DNA of 64,000 nucleotides from Octopus sinensis. Taxonomy: Eukaryota. Numbering within the stretch: the first letter of the stretch is position 1; the number at the start of each line of letters is the position of its first letter. The position numbers and the translations under genes are program-made. The stretch spans positions 22,816,001-22,880,000 of the forward strand of contig NC_043018.1 of assembly GCF_006345805.1 (NCBI RefSeq). The letters run 5' to 3'. This document shows, in pieces, positions 11,901 to 23,642 of the stretch. The notes below the pieces were generated by a model. That model was not told the DNA's origin, made no database searches, and saw nothing but the letters and a program-made list of their open reading frames with translations.

Positions 11901-13174
11901 TTATTATTATTAATATTATTGAGTGAGAGAGCAGTGCATGCCATCAAAGTGACACTGGGGTAAAATATACAAAGCCCAGTATACCCATCATGACTACCTG
12001 TCTGATAAGGGTACACCAGGCACATGCATCACAACCATGCGTGTGTGACATGGTGATCTCATATCAAGATAAACAGCACATATCCTTGCAGGTGGAGCCC
12101 ATTTAAAGTAACCATTCCGCTCAAAAGGTCCCTGAATAAGAGTTGTTTAAGGATGTTGAACGAAACACCCGTGTTCCCAGAGCTGAATTATCCAAACCTC
12201 AAAGAATCCCTCTCAACACATGGCTATGATGCTCCCCCACTACTTCTGCTCGTGATCAGAGATGCACATATCGTCAGCCACTAAGGGACATGCTCAACTG
12301 GTTAAAGTCAAACAACTGACAAGCAAATCTGTGGTATTGAGCAGAATATTTGCTGTAGCCCATCTTTTATACCAAGACAAAACAATGTACATTATAACAC
12401 TTCCAATCAGTTTATTATTATTATTATCATTATTATTACAGCTTAGTATATTCAATATTGTAATTTCTACTTTATTTCTTGTGTAGCACATTGGTTGTGA
12501 TGTCGTTGTTGCTAGTGGTGGTGGTGGTGATGTTGCTGCTGTTGTTGTTGTAGTTGTTGGTTTTAGTCATCAGCCAGCTGTGACTCAGCATTCCCTATAA
12601 CCAGCCGCAATCTCTTATTCAGATGTCAAATATCTGGGACTGTATTATGCAATCTATCTTTCTTCCCATTCCCCCTCCTCTTTCACCTTCTATTCCTCCT
12701 CCTCTTCATCCTCCTTCTTTCTCCTACTCCTCTTCTTCACAAGGGGCTACACTCAGAGTGGACAAACAAGGACAGACAAATGGATTAAGTCAATTATATC
12801 GGCCCCAGTGCGTAACTGGTACTTATTTAATTGACCCCGAAAGGATGAAAGGGAAAGTCGACCTCGGTGAAATTTGAACTCAGAATGTAGCAGCAGAAGA
12901 AATACTGCTAAGCATTTCGCCTGGCATGCTAACAATTCTGCCAGCTCGCCTGCTTCTTTCAGTTTCTGCTTATCAAATCCTCCCACAAGGCTTTAGTCAG
13001 CCTGAGGCTATAGTAGAAGTCACTTGCCCAAGGTGTCATGCAGTGGGACTGAACCAGGAACCATGTGGTTGGGAAGCAAGCTTACCACCCAGTTGGTTTT
13101 AGAACACCTACAATGCTACATGTTCTATATATATAACAGCCACATATATTTTCATTACTGGTGTCTTCAACTAC

Positions 13175-13560
13175 TCATTTACTTATTTCAGTCATTTGAC
13201 TGCGACCATGCTGGAGCACCGCCTTTAGTCGAGCAAATCGACCCCGGGACTTATTCTTTGTAAGCCCAGTACTCATTCTATCGGTCTCTTTTGCCGAACC
13301 GCTAAGTTACGGGGACGTAAACACACCAGCATCCGTTGTCAAGCAATGCTAGGGGGACAAACACACACATATATATATATATATATACATATATACGACA
13401 GGCTTCTTTCAGTTTCTGTCGACCAAATCCACTCACTAGGCATTGGTCGGCCCGGGGCTATAGCAGAAGACACTTGCCCAAGATGCCACGCAGTGGGACT
13501 GAACCCGCAACCATGTGGTTGGTTAGCAAGCTACTTACCACACAGCCACTCCTGCGCCTA
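13175..13560 (-). mobile_element. SINE family A
   Basis: Near-complete reverse-complement copy. Confidence 0.88.
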
Positions 13561-14149
13561 TAATTGAATGAGAAACTTTTCGTTGGTAATAACACTTTGG
13601 ACCTGTTCTTTACCACCACTCCTAGAACTACAGCTGGATGCCCTTCCTAACACCAACCACTCTGAGAGTGTAGTGGGTGCTGTTTTTACGTGCCACCGGC
13701 ACAGGGATCAATTTCCTGCCTACTACTCATTTCAGATCCCCAGTTTATCTTTTCACTTTTCATTCCTTCTAACTTCCTTCCCTCTACCCCATCTCTCTAT
13801 CCTTCTCCTGAGCCTTCTCATTGTACCTTTGGAACACAAGCACCACTATTTTCTTCCTTTTTTTTTTTGGTTAGTTTTTGTCATGTAGTGTCCCACATTT
13901 TGAAATACTTGCAATTTGTATTTTTACTGCTTATTTTAGCTCTGCTTGATACATTTCCAAAATTAAACATTTTAATATGCAAAATATACTTCACATTATT
14001 ATATATACTATTCATTAATGCAAAAAATATTGTGCTTATTGGATATCTTCAAAATGATCACACCATCAATGGAAATTTTCAATGCCAACTTCCTAAGGCA
14101 GTTATGAAAGTCTATCAAGACCAAACACCCAGAAAAACTAATGAATAGG

Positions 14150-14522
14150 GTCTTGTTTCATTAGGACAATGCTTCAGCACACAAGTCCTTGGTTTCAATG
14201 GCTGCTGTGTGTGACTGGCTTTGAACTGGTTGATCATCCTCCCTATGTTAGTCATTTGGTTCCTTCCGGTTATCATCTGTTTCCCAACGTAGAAAAACAC
14301 TCAGCTGAGCACCAGTATCACTATGATGAGAAAATCTTATCTGTTGTTGATGACCATTTTGATCAACAGAAAAGCTTCTTCACCAGTGCGACCCAAGCAC
14401 TGCAACTACTAATGGAAGTGTGTGGACAGTAAGAGAACTATGTTAGAAAATGAACTTCATTTGGTCACATTCCATTGAGAGTGTCTTGCTCAGATTATGA
14501 ACATTTCAGCCGACCCTCATAA
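14150..14522 (+). mobile_element. Mariner (Tc1/mariner) transposase relic, 3' end
   Basis: GFELVDHPPYVSHLVPSGYHLFPN resembles the mariner HPPYSPDLAPSDYHLF motif; degenerate; ends in TIR-like ttcagccgaccctcata. Confidence 0.75.
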
Positions 14523-15136
14523 TAATAAAAATTATTATTATACCTGCATTTGTTTTAATGTTAACATTGGAAAAAATCCACATTTTTCATTAAAAAAATT
14601 AGTACCTGGGTTTGCACTCCCTTAGCAAATTTTGTTGCTGGGCCACTGGACATGCTCAAGTGGTTAAGGTCAAGCAACTGACAAGCAAGTCTGTGGTATT
14701 GAGCAGAATATTTGCTATAAAATGATATTTCTGCTTCAACTACTCAGCGCTGAATATGTCTGAAATGTAATGGAATGTGTGTATTTGTGTGTACTGGTCT
14801 GCTGGATCACAGCTGACTCGTTAGTGTACCAGAAGTCGAGGTTCATTTTCTGACCGTTTATTTCTTGCATAATAGAAATTTAAAAAAAGGATGTTAAGTC
14901 GAAAAAGATGTTACTGGAAACTGCACATGTTCGGGTATGTCTGTATATAGAGTATTTAGTATAGAATGTTTCTAAATTTTGGCCGAAGGCCAGTAATTTT
15001 AAGGGAGGGATATAATCGATTACTTCGACCCCTTGAAGTTGACTGATGCTTTATTTTATCGGCATATCAACTGATGAAAAGTAAAGCCGACCCCGGGCGG
15101 AATTTGAACTCAAAAAGTAATGAACCGGATGAAATA

Positions 15137-15589
15137 GGTATTCATGAAGAAGTGGACCCGCGCTAATCATTAAGAAAAGTGAAAATAAAACAAATTTTCA
15201 AATTGAAATAACATGTTGTTCAAAAGTAAACCATTCCGAAAGATGTTTTACAATCTTCTGAAAACATTCATTCCCCGTTTTCCCATATTTTTCTCTCCGA
15301 AGAAACTCATCTAGATGGGATTCCATCATATTTGCTTGTACTTCCATAACTCTTGAATCCTGTAACATTCAACTGAGCTATGGGTGAAGGTAAAAAATAT
15401 GCATACCACCCGATTTGGGTGTTTAGGGTTAGGTTTAAATTTAGGGTTAGGGTTACGCCGAAAACGGGGCAATGTGCGTACTCTTTACCTCTGCCGAGTT
15501 ATGAATAACATTTTATTTCAATTTCAAAATCGTTTTATCTCCACGCTGTGAATAACTACCGCGGGTTCACCCTTCTTTATGAGTATCCC
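15137..15589. mobile_element. Old MITE with degenerate TIRs and internal TTAGGG-like repeats, nested in a family-B SINE
   Basis: ggtattcatgaagaagtggacccgcg vs cgcgggttcacccttctttatgagtatcc; gaaata duplicated at both flanks; tttagggttaggtttaaatttagggttagggtta at 15422-15455. Confidence 0.6.
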
Positions 15590-16211
15590 GAAATATCGAT
15601 TTAGTATTTTGTCCGAGTTCTAACGGTTCTGTCAATCTATCGTCCTTGTATTATAAGGCAGCATTAAACGTATTATTTATATAATACAGAGTACATGTCC
15701 TATACAGACAGTTTATAATATGTAATGTAAATTATATGTAGTATAACAGTGCATTCATTACATAATATTGAGTAGTTATTTTTAACAGCTGGTTAATTGC
15801 GAACCGGTGCGCCAGAAATGGCCATCAATTATTTTAATTAAGACGTAACATATCTACGACTATATTACTCAATGTGTTAGTCCTTGTTTTTTCAAGGTGG
15901 TAGAACGTGCTTTGAGGGAGAGAAGTGGCTGCTATTGCTAGTAATTAGTGTTACAGTGTCTTACAGTTCGAATACATTCCCCTAATTGCTATAATTTAAT
16001 GTTACTGCCGTCGAACGTAACATATGGAAATAGTATGAAAATTATATCCAATATAAATAAACGTCAAATTAGTGTAGATTTTTCGCAATCTGATTGTATT
16101 GACACTAAGAAAGAAAATTTCTAAAAATACATTAAAAATTGATAGATTTAAACATGTTCGGTTTATCAATAAAGTACGTTTATATAGATAATTTGGCAAC
16201 TATTTGGGCAG

Positions 16212-16305
16212 GCCTCGGTAGCGCAGTAGGCAGCGCGTCAGTCTCATAATCCAAAGTTATCATCGAGCCATCTGAAGGTCGTGAGTTCGATCCTCACCCG
16301 GGGCA
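16212..16305 (+). tRNA. Elongator tRNA-Met(CAT) with 21-nt intron (16249-16269)
   Basis: Exons give a 73-nt GCCTCGGTAGCGCAGTAGGCAGCGCGTCAGTCTCATA/ATCTGAAGGTCGTGAGTTCGATCCTCACCCGGGGCA; 7-bp acceptor stem, TTCGA T-loop, CAT at 16245-16247; intron at canonical 37/38 position. Confidence 0.95.
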
Positions 16306-16307
16306 GA

Positions 16308-16316
16308 TTTTTTTTT
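16308..16316 (+). terminator. RNA polymerase III oligo-T terminator of tRNA-Met
   Basis: T9 run 3 nt after the discriminator base. Confidence 0.8.
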
Positions 16317-16484
16317 AGTTTCGTACTTTACGAAATGTAAATTTCTTTTTTAAATATGGTAACTCTTTTACTCCTTTACTTTTTTCAGTCATTTGACTGC
16401 GGCCATGCTGGAGCACCGCCTTTAGTCGAGCAAATCGACCCCGGGACTTATTCTTTGTAAGCCCAGTACTTATTCTATCGGTCT

Positions 16485-16705
16485 CTGCAGGGCCTCATAA
16501 ATTGCCGGGGTGTAAAAACTCCAGTGAGATTATAAGTTCATGTACTGTTGTTTGTTCTACTGGTCATGTAAAGGACATTTATGTTATAATGAATAACCCA
16601 AATGTAAATGAAAATTTTTAAACGAATCTCTTAAATGTTTTTTGTATGTATGTCCTATATTTGTCCTTCTGTGTAATCGATTTTTATAATCATAATAAAG
16701 AAATA
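16485..16705 (+). mobile_element. 5'-truncated retrotransposed insert with 17-bp TSD inside a SINE
   Basis: ACTTATTCTATCGGTCT at 16468-16484 and 16706-16722; insert ends aataaagaaata. Confidence 0.75.
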
Positions 16706-17569
16706 ACTTATTCTATCGGTCTGTCCTTTTGCCGAACCGCTAGGTGACGGTAACTTTATAAAAAGTTCTCAACATAATTTACGAACATATTAATTTGCTG
16801 TATAATTTGGCACGAGGCCAACAATTTTAGATTGAAGAAGCAGTTGGTCGATTTACATGGACCACGATTCTGAAATGGTATTTTATTTTAACGACCCCCC
16901 CGAAAGGTTTAAAGAATTTACCAACACAATTAATGAAATAATTTAATTATTATGAAATACCTAAAATTAATTGATAACTATTGAGCAGTTACAAGTGTTA
17001 CGAAAAGCAATTAAAATACGTACACTCACAAATCACAACGGTAGGGTTTTACCAATATTCCCTGTACTTATGCTATCGGTTCTTTGGTCGAACAGTTAAG
17101 AGGACGTAAACAAAGCAACACAGGTTGTCAAGCGCTGGGGTACACACACACACGCACAAAGTCTTATTTACAAAACTGCTAATTTAATTCACTTAATTAT
17201 TGGGTAAATGAAAACAATAATATATTTAAAAAATTATAATTTTGAAACCGTGACCTGTTCACGGACAAAAAACCGTGCAGCATATAATAAAAAACTATAA
17301 CAATTTATTTTAAACCCCTTTGTTACCAAATTTCTATGTGCTGCCTTTGAATTAAGCAGGTTTTTGGAACATGAATCAACACGAAGTTTTGGCGGAAGAC
17401 TTTGATTGAAGTCGAATCAAAACAAGAAGTTTGTATCAGAGAAGCAGGGGTGGTCTCAGGCGAGTTCGTTCCAAAAGGGTGTATATGTATTCGTTTCGGT
17501 CATTCAGGATAAGTCATGCTATTTTTAAACACTACCCATTATTGTCAATGTATCTGAATGATGGATATA

Positions 17570-17800
17570 TATTTCTTTACTGCCCACAAGGGGCTAAATA
17601 CAGAGGGGACAAACAAGGACAGACAAAGGGATTAAGCGGATTGCATCGACTCCAGTGCGAAACTGGCACTTAATTTATCGACCCCGAAAGGATGAAAGGC
17701 AAAGTCAACCTCGGCGGAATTTGAACTCAGAATAGAGCCACAGGCGAAATACGGCTACGCATTTCGGCTGGCGTGCTAACGTTTCTGCCAGCTCGCCGCA
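17570..17800 (-). mobile_element. SINE family B
   Basis: Reverse complement of gcgagctggcagaaacgttagcacgcc...gagttcaaattccgccgagg...gccccttgtgggcagtaaagaaata; other copies 12740-12950, 18572-18767, 31712-31925, 39694-39925, 55785-55990 (-) and 51792-52018 (+). Confidence 0.85.
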
Positions 17801-17971
17801 TATCTGAATGATGGATAGGAGGGCAGGAAGGGTCCTCTTATTTGACGCCGCTTTTGTTCAAGATTACCATTACACACACATAACTCTCTCCCCGCCCGCA
17901 TCTCTCTATATTTTTTGTAGAATATATATTTATTATTACGATTGCAGCGTAAAAGACACTAAATAAACAAT

Positions 17972-18397
17972 TCGGCAATCTTTCGTCTCTAGTAGACCTT
18001 TCCGTCGATTTCCGTAAAAATTTTTTTTTTTACATATGGGCTTGCGGGAACTTTTGAAGTAATGAGAGCGAAAGAGACTAAGAGAAAGCGATTTTATGAC
18101 GAGGGAAGTTCTTTTGAAGTTACCGTGCATGGGAAGCATTGATGTACATGTGTGTGTGTGTGTGTGTTTGATGGGGTGTGGGAGACAGACAGTATGTTGT
18201 GTAAGTGAAGTGCTTCTGTTAGTGTGTGTGAAGAGACAGAGTAATGTGTGAAAGAAAGAGATAACTGAATTTTTTTACTCGGTGTATGTGTATATGTATG
18301 TATATTACTTCAAAAGTTCCCGCAAGCCCATATGTAAAAAAAAAAAAAATTTTACGGAAATCGACGGAAAGGTCTACTAGAGACGAAAGATTGCCGA
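17972..18397. mobile_element. MITE with ~92-bp TIRs and a 15-bp flanking direct repeat
   Basis: TIRs 17972-18063 and 18304-18397 (TCGGCAATCTTTCGTCTCTAGTAGACC...); CACTAAATAAACAAT at 17957-17971 and 18398-18412. Confidence 0.88.
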
Positions 18398-18895
18398 CAC
18401 TAAATAAACAATTCACTTAAACATTAAACATTTATTGTTTGTAATATGTTGTCACAATTTTCATCACTGGAAACTGCGACTTGGTCCCACACAAAGTTCC
18501 ACAGCAGAGTTTCTGAATCCTTGTGTATTTTCCACTCTGCAATCGTTTTAGTTTCAACACGAAAGGGATACCTATTTCTTTACTACCCACAAGGGGCTAA
18601 ACACAGAGGGGACAAACAAGGATGGACAACGAATTAAGTCGATTACATCGACTCCAGTGCGTAACTGGTACTTATTTAATCGACCCCGAAAAGGATGAAA
18701 GGCAAAGTCGACCTCGACGGAATTTGAACTCAGAACGTAGCGGGAGACGAAATACCGCTAAGCATTTCAACACAAAAGGGATACCGACGATATCCAGCAG
18801 GCCGAAACTTCGAAGTCACTTTCATCCCTCTTATTGTAAAAACGAAAGAACGTAACGATAAGCGTTTTCTTCAAACTTTCATGGCGACAATTCAA

Positions 18896-19313
18896 GGATC
18901 TTTTCGGTTTGAACGGCAGTTTTTTAAAATAATTTCCACGTAACTAAACACTTTTAAACTTCGTATACTGGTAGAATGTGTTTATAAAACATCTTTTTCT
19001 CTTGGCTTTATTGAGAAAATTCTATAGTTTGTAAGATATTTGTTGGGTTTTTTTCTTCAATTTCTGCAATTTCAACCAATCAATGACGTCTATTGAGGTA
19101 AAAAAATTCTGTGCCGTATGAATATGTCCCTCGTTTAAGAAACAGATTGGGTTTATTTACATTTGTGAAGAAAAAAAAAGATACCCTTCCCCCCACCCCT
19201 AACCCTAAAACAGATTGAAATGTAATAGATCGATACTAGGGTCATAATTATGGGTGACAATTTCATATGACACCGCTAGAAAAAAAAAACTGCCGTTCAA
19301 ACCGAAAAGATCC
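18896..19313. mobile_element. MITE with ~30-bp TIRs
   Basis: GGATCTTTTCGGTTTGAACGGCAGTTTTT / AAAAACTGCCGTTCAAACCGAAAAGATCC; near-8-bp TSD caattcaa / aaattcaa; internal ccctaaccctaa. Confidence 0.88.
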
Positions 19314-19988
19314 AAATTCAAAAGAAACCCAGGCTCGGTTTGCCCGCTGATGATCGGAAACGAGTAAATCGGAGGACGGGAAATCGGAGTTTTTCAGTTA
19401 TAATGTGCGAGTATGTGTGTGCGCGCGCACGTGGATGTGTCTATGTATGCATGCATGTATGTATGTATGTATGTGCGTATGTATGTATGTATGCATGTGC
19501 GTATGTATGCATACATGCATGTATGTGCGTATGTATGTATGTTTTTGAACGTAAAAGTAAGGGGTTAAATAAGCCGGATATTTTTGGCAAGGTATAAAAT
19601 TTGAAACCCTCACCGTTAAATACATAAGTGGGGGAGAGAAGGTAAAACAAATAATTGGAGAGAGAGATGGGAAGTAGAAAGAGGAATAAAAATAGAGATG
19701 GTGGTGATTGAGTTGAGAGAAGGAGGTAAGAAAGTAGCGCATGAAAGAGAGGGTGTGGAAAGCAAAGAGAACAGGATAAGTAGAGAGGAGGAGAAAAGAA
19801 GAAGGAAGCGATGACAAGGGAGATCACTCTCTGTTACCTAACATTGTCGCGGGAAATATTCCCTACAAAAAAAGATTTATATTTTGTGCATCATTGAAAG
19901 TTTCATCAAAATGCACGAAATTCTATCGGCAAACATTTTATTTATTTGAATTAAGTTTCCATCATCCATCACACTGGCTTCGGAGGAT

Positions 19989-20072
19989 ATGATAGCAGCC
20001 TGTGAAACCCAGGATTTTGTACCCTTTGGGAGGGAATATATCCATTTGCATCCCGGCAAGTTCGAAATACAG
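19989..20072 (+). CDS. ANAPC1: Anaphase-promoting complex subunit 1, coding exon 1
   Basis: MIAACETQDFVPFGREYIHLHPGKFEIQ matches the conserved APC1 N-terminal MIAA...QxFVPFGR; 84 nt; phase-0 donor CAG|gttaga. Not in the ORF track. Confidence 0.88.
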
Positions 20073-21120
20073 GTTAGAGAAGATTTCCTTATGCTTTCGG
20101 TTTTATATGAAATATTTGTGATTTTTTTTAAGAAAAAACTTCGTCTTTGTTCAGTATTTTGAAATTAGATTTTTTTTTACCTTCTTTCATTATGTAACAA
20201 ATTGTACATTTTTAATTGAAGTTAAACAGTGTGAAATTTTTGAATAGCTAACATGTGCCTTCCACGTTGTAACCGTTTTAGTTTCGACACAGATCGAATC
20301 ACTTGCCTGGTTAGTACATCTCCGAAATATACATAGGCCTATATATATAATTAACACTTACTGGGTATGGTTTTTGAATATACAACGCCAAAAAGCCAAA
20401 GTTTTTCTTTCTTCATTAGAGAGAAAAATACTGTTGAATGACCCAAAGTCAACATGCAATTTTAAAGGATAATTGGCAATCTCCGGATAATTTATTTTCA
20501 TTATTTCACGTCGGTAAACTACATGTTAATCTTAAATCCCAGCAGCCCTGTCCACTTAAGTTGTAGTTTACTTCACCGTAGTGAACATGTTTAGCTCTCA
20601 ACAAACCGATCTAGCTGAGTACTACTTCACTGTCAACCGCCAACGACTCAGTCCACCTTGTTGTGGGAGCATACCTACATGAGGACATAAAGTCGGTGGG
20701 TAGGTACCACAGTGTAAAGGTCTATTTAGCTGTTACTTTTAGCTTATCCGATACCCTCCTCATTTGTCAGTCATTCTGGCGTATTGGTGTTTGTGGATAT
20801 CTTTCTCTCCAGTCCAAAAATTCGGACTGTCCGTTTTTTTTTAAAGTCTTGTAAATTCCCGTGTGTAAAATACAAATTCGCAAAATTTTTCTGGCAATTC
20901 CAAACATTAAAAAAGTTATGAGGGGGTTATATGGTGTGTGTTGTTCGCTAGTAGTACCTGGTGTGCTTTACGTAGAATTCCGCCTTGGTACCAATTTACA
21001 ACGTCGTATTGTGTTCAGGAATAACTCATTTTGTAAAAAATATGGCACAAAAAAAAAAACAACAGGAAACACAGTAGACGCGGACATGTTCCTCCTCGTT
21101 TAGTTATCGACCGAATATCT

Positions 21121-21508
21121 GGATGGAAGCACTCCGTCGGTTACGACGACGAGGGTTCCGGTTGAACCGAATCAACGGAACAGCCTGCTCGTGAAATTAA
21201 CGTGTAAGTGGCTGAGCACTCCACAGACACGTGTACCCTTAACGTAGCTCTCGGGGATATTCAGCGTGACACAGAGAGTCACAAGGCCGGCCCTTTGAAA
21301 TACAGGTACAACAGAAACAGGAAGTAAGAGTGAGAGAAAGTTGTGGTGAAAGAGTACAGCAGGGATCGCCACCACCCCCTGCCGGAGCCTCGTGGAGCTT
21401 TAGGTGTTTTCGCTCAATAAACACTCACAACGCCCGGTCTGGGAATCGAAACCGCGATCCTACGACCGCGAATCCGCTGCCCTAACCACTGGGCCATTGC
21501 GCCTCCAC
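21121..21508 (-). mobile_element. Full-length tRNA-derived SINE (family C) with 11-bp TSD, in ANAPC1 intron 1
   Basis: Minus strand head gtggaggcgcaaTGGCCCAGTGGttagggcagcgg...GGTTTCGATTCCC; ACCGAATATCT at 21110-21120 and 21509-21519; CpGs retained. Confidence 0.88.
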
Positions 21509-21890
21509 ACCGAATATCTAAAGAGTGATGACAAGACACTCGATAATATTGTTTAGTCTGGCGATGTCAGCAATATAAGCTGCCGGTGTATGAGTTGACA
21601 TCATGCGATGGTTGTCAATAAGTATCGTTGTCATGCAAGTGAGGGTATTCGTTTCTAGTCTCCTGTGAAAAACGTACCCGACGATGGGGTGGGGGGATGC
21701 TACCTTGGTTGGAAACCGGTAAGGATTGCAGCCAGAAGGGCATCTGGCTGTAGAATATCTCCCTCGACAAATTTCGTCTGACTCATGCAAGCATAGAAAA
21801 GTAGACGTTAAAATGATGATGGTGCAGTATAGGCTGTTGAATAGTTAGCTTGTATTCATTCACTAAATACTGATTCTTTGACATTTCCAG

Positions 21891-22203
21891 GTACAACGAA
21901 GTCATCATGCTGATCATGGATTGCCATTGCTTCGCTCGTTCCGTGACATCTCCATCAGTGAACAGAGCCCCAAAGAACAATGGTATCTACATTGCAAACC
22001 AGATTCGAACTGTGTTGGTGCAGTGGAAGAAGAGCTGTATGTGTCTGGGAATACAGTTGTCTGGAGTGTCGGCACCCGACAAGAATCAAGGCGGGTACTG
22101 AAGACCTTCACTGTTGAATCGCCAGTCATTCAAGCCATGTACTGCAGCTTCTTGCTCTCCTATAACACCGAGATTCCAGAACAAATAGATTTAGACATTC
22201 CTG
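21891..22203 (+). CDS. ANAPC1: ANAPC1 coding exon 2
   Basis: Acceptor ttccag|, phase 0; VQRSHH...EEELYVSGNTVVWS...KTFTVESPVIQAMYCSF (APC1 EELYV.GN.V.WS and FTV.SPV.QA motifs); phase-1 donor G|gtgagt. Confidence 0.92.
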
Positions 22204-22269
22204 GTGAGTTGTCAATATTTTCTGAGATTTTGTATTTGTTTTAATGAAGGCACTCATCTTTGCTCTTTT

Positions 22270-23135
22270 TCCAGTAATTTCTAAAAGCTTTCCAGGTTTT
22301 CATGTTTTTAATTGCCTTATCTACCATACTGCTGTCCACTAGGATAGCTGGTCCCTCTGTTGGGTTCACATGAAGGGGACTCCCTTTATCCAGTTCATTC
22401 TCTACATTCAACAGTCTCACCATTGCCGCCTTGACTAGCTTCCGTGCCGGTGGCACATAAAAGGCACCAACCGATCGTGGCCGTTGCCAGCCACCCTGGC
22501 ATGTAAAAAGCACCCACTACTCTCACAGAGTGGTTGGCATTAGGAAGGGCATCCAGCCGTAGAAACATTGCCAGATCAGACTGGCCTGGTGCAGCCTTCT
22601 GGCTTCCCAGACCCCAGATAAATACACACCAATACACTGTCTAACAACCCAGAACACTTCAAGTCTCAGATCTTCATGCCGTAGGACATTGGCAAACCTC
22701 TTCTTTTTTGCTTCCACCCTAGCTACATAAACCTAACATCCCTTTTAGTGTTCTGATATGATTCTTTGCTACCCGCCCCCCTTTTTCTGTTCTTTCCGGA
22801 CTCGTCTCTTCTTTTTTATGGCCCTGTCAATATCACTGTTCCACTGCTATATCACCCTTGGTCTAACAGAGGCTTTGCTCCAACCACAGATTCGGTCTGT
22901 TGCCCTTAGTAGATTGTCCTGCAGGAACTTCCAGCTGTCCTCTACATCGTATGTTTTTTATGTCTTCCTCCTCCTCATCGAAGGCCTCGTTACAGACATC
23001 TCTAAATCTCTGCCCATTTGAAGGATCCTTCAGCTTCCACCTCATCCCATGTCTTCCTGGGTCTCCCTCTACCCTGGATTCTTTCCACTGTTTAGGAGTG
23101 GCACTTCTTCACACAGCTCTCCTCGTCCATCCGTA
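22270..23135 (-). mobile_element. Degenerate RTE LINE ORF fragments in ANAPC1 intron 2
   Basis: Broken frames such as GPAILVDSSMVDKAIKNMKTWKA and EAKKKRFANVLRHEDLRLEVF resemble the RTE region upstream of RT; interrupted by an RTE-tail repeat. Confidence 0.55.
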
Positions 23136-23642
23136 GTGTCCCACCTATGCTAGCATGGAACACAGACGTTAAATTATGATAATGATTGTTATTGTCAGAA
23201 ATAATACATGGTTCACTCATGCTGACCATTCACCTATTCATTATGTGCAGGTCTGTGCCTCATTTTATTCTTTAGGAACACAGATGTTTATCCAAGGAAA
23301 AGGCCATGGGTGTTGCTGACAGAATGCTAACAACCTGGTCATTAACTGCAAAGGCATCTCACCTGCCTCTTTAACAGTTCAGCTGATCCGTTCTCTTAGA
23401 TTAGCACTTTTTATGTGTTGTTTCCTTGACTTACATCATGTGATAGTTGTAAGCAAGGCCTCTCACACCTACCTTGCAATATCCCTCTAAAAATGAGCAA
23501 TTACACCATTAAAATCTCAAAGCTACAAGATAATCTATGATTCAAAACAGTATTCCAGTAATAATAACAACAGTTGTCATATTTGATACTAACTTCACAT
23601 CTTTGTTACTTTCAAACTAATCCAATCTGTCTTGCATTTCAG

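Noticed and set aside
19347-19366. CTGATGA...GAAA hammerhead core
   Set aside because: Only 3 nt between the core halves (no stem II) and no adjacent stem I; folds better as a simple hairpin.
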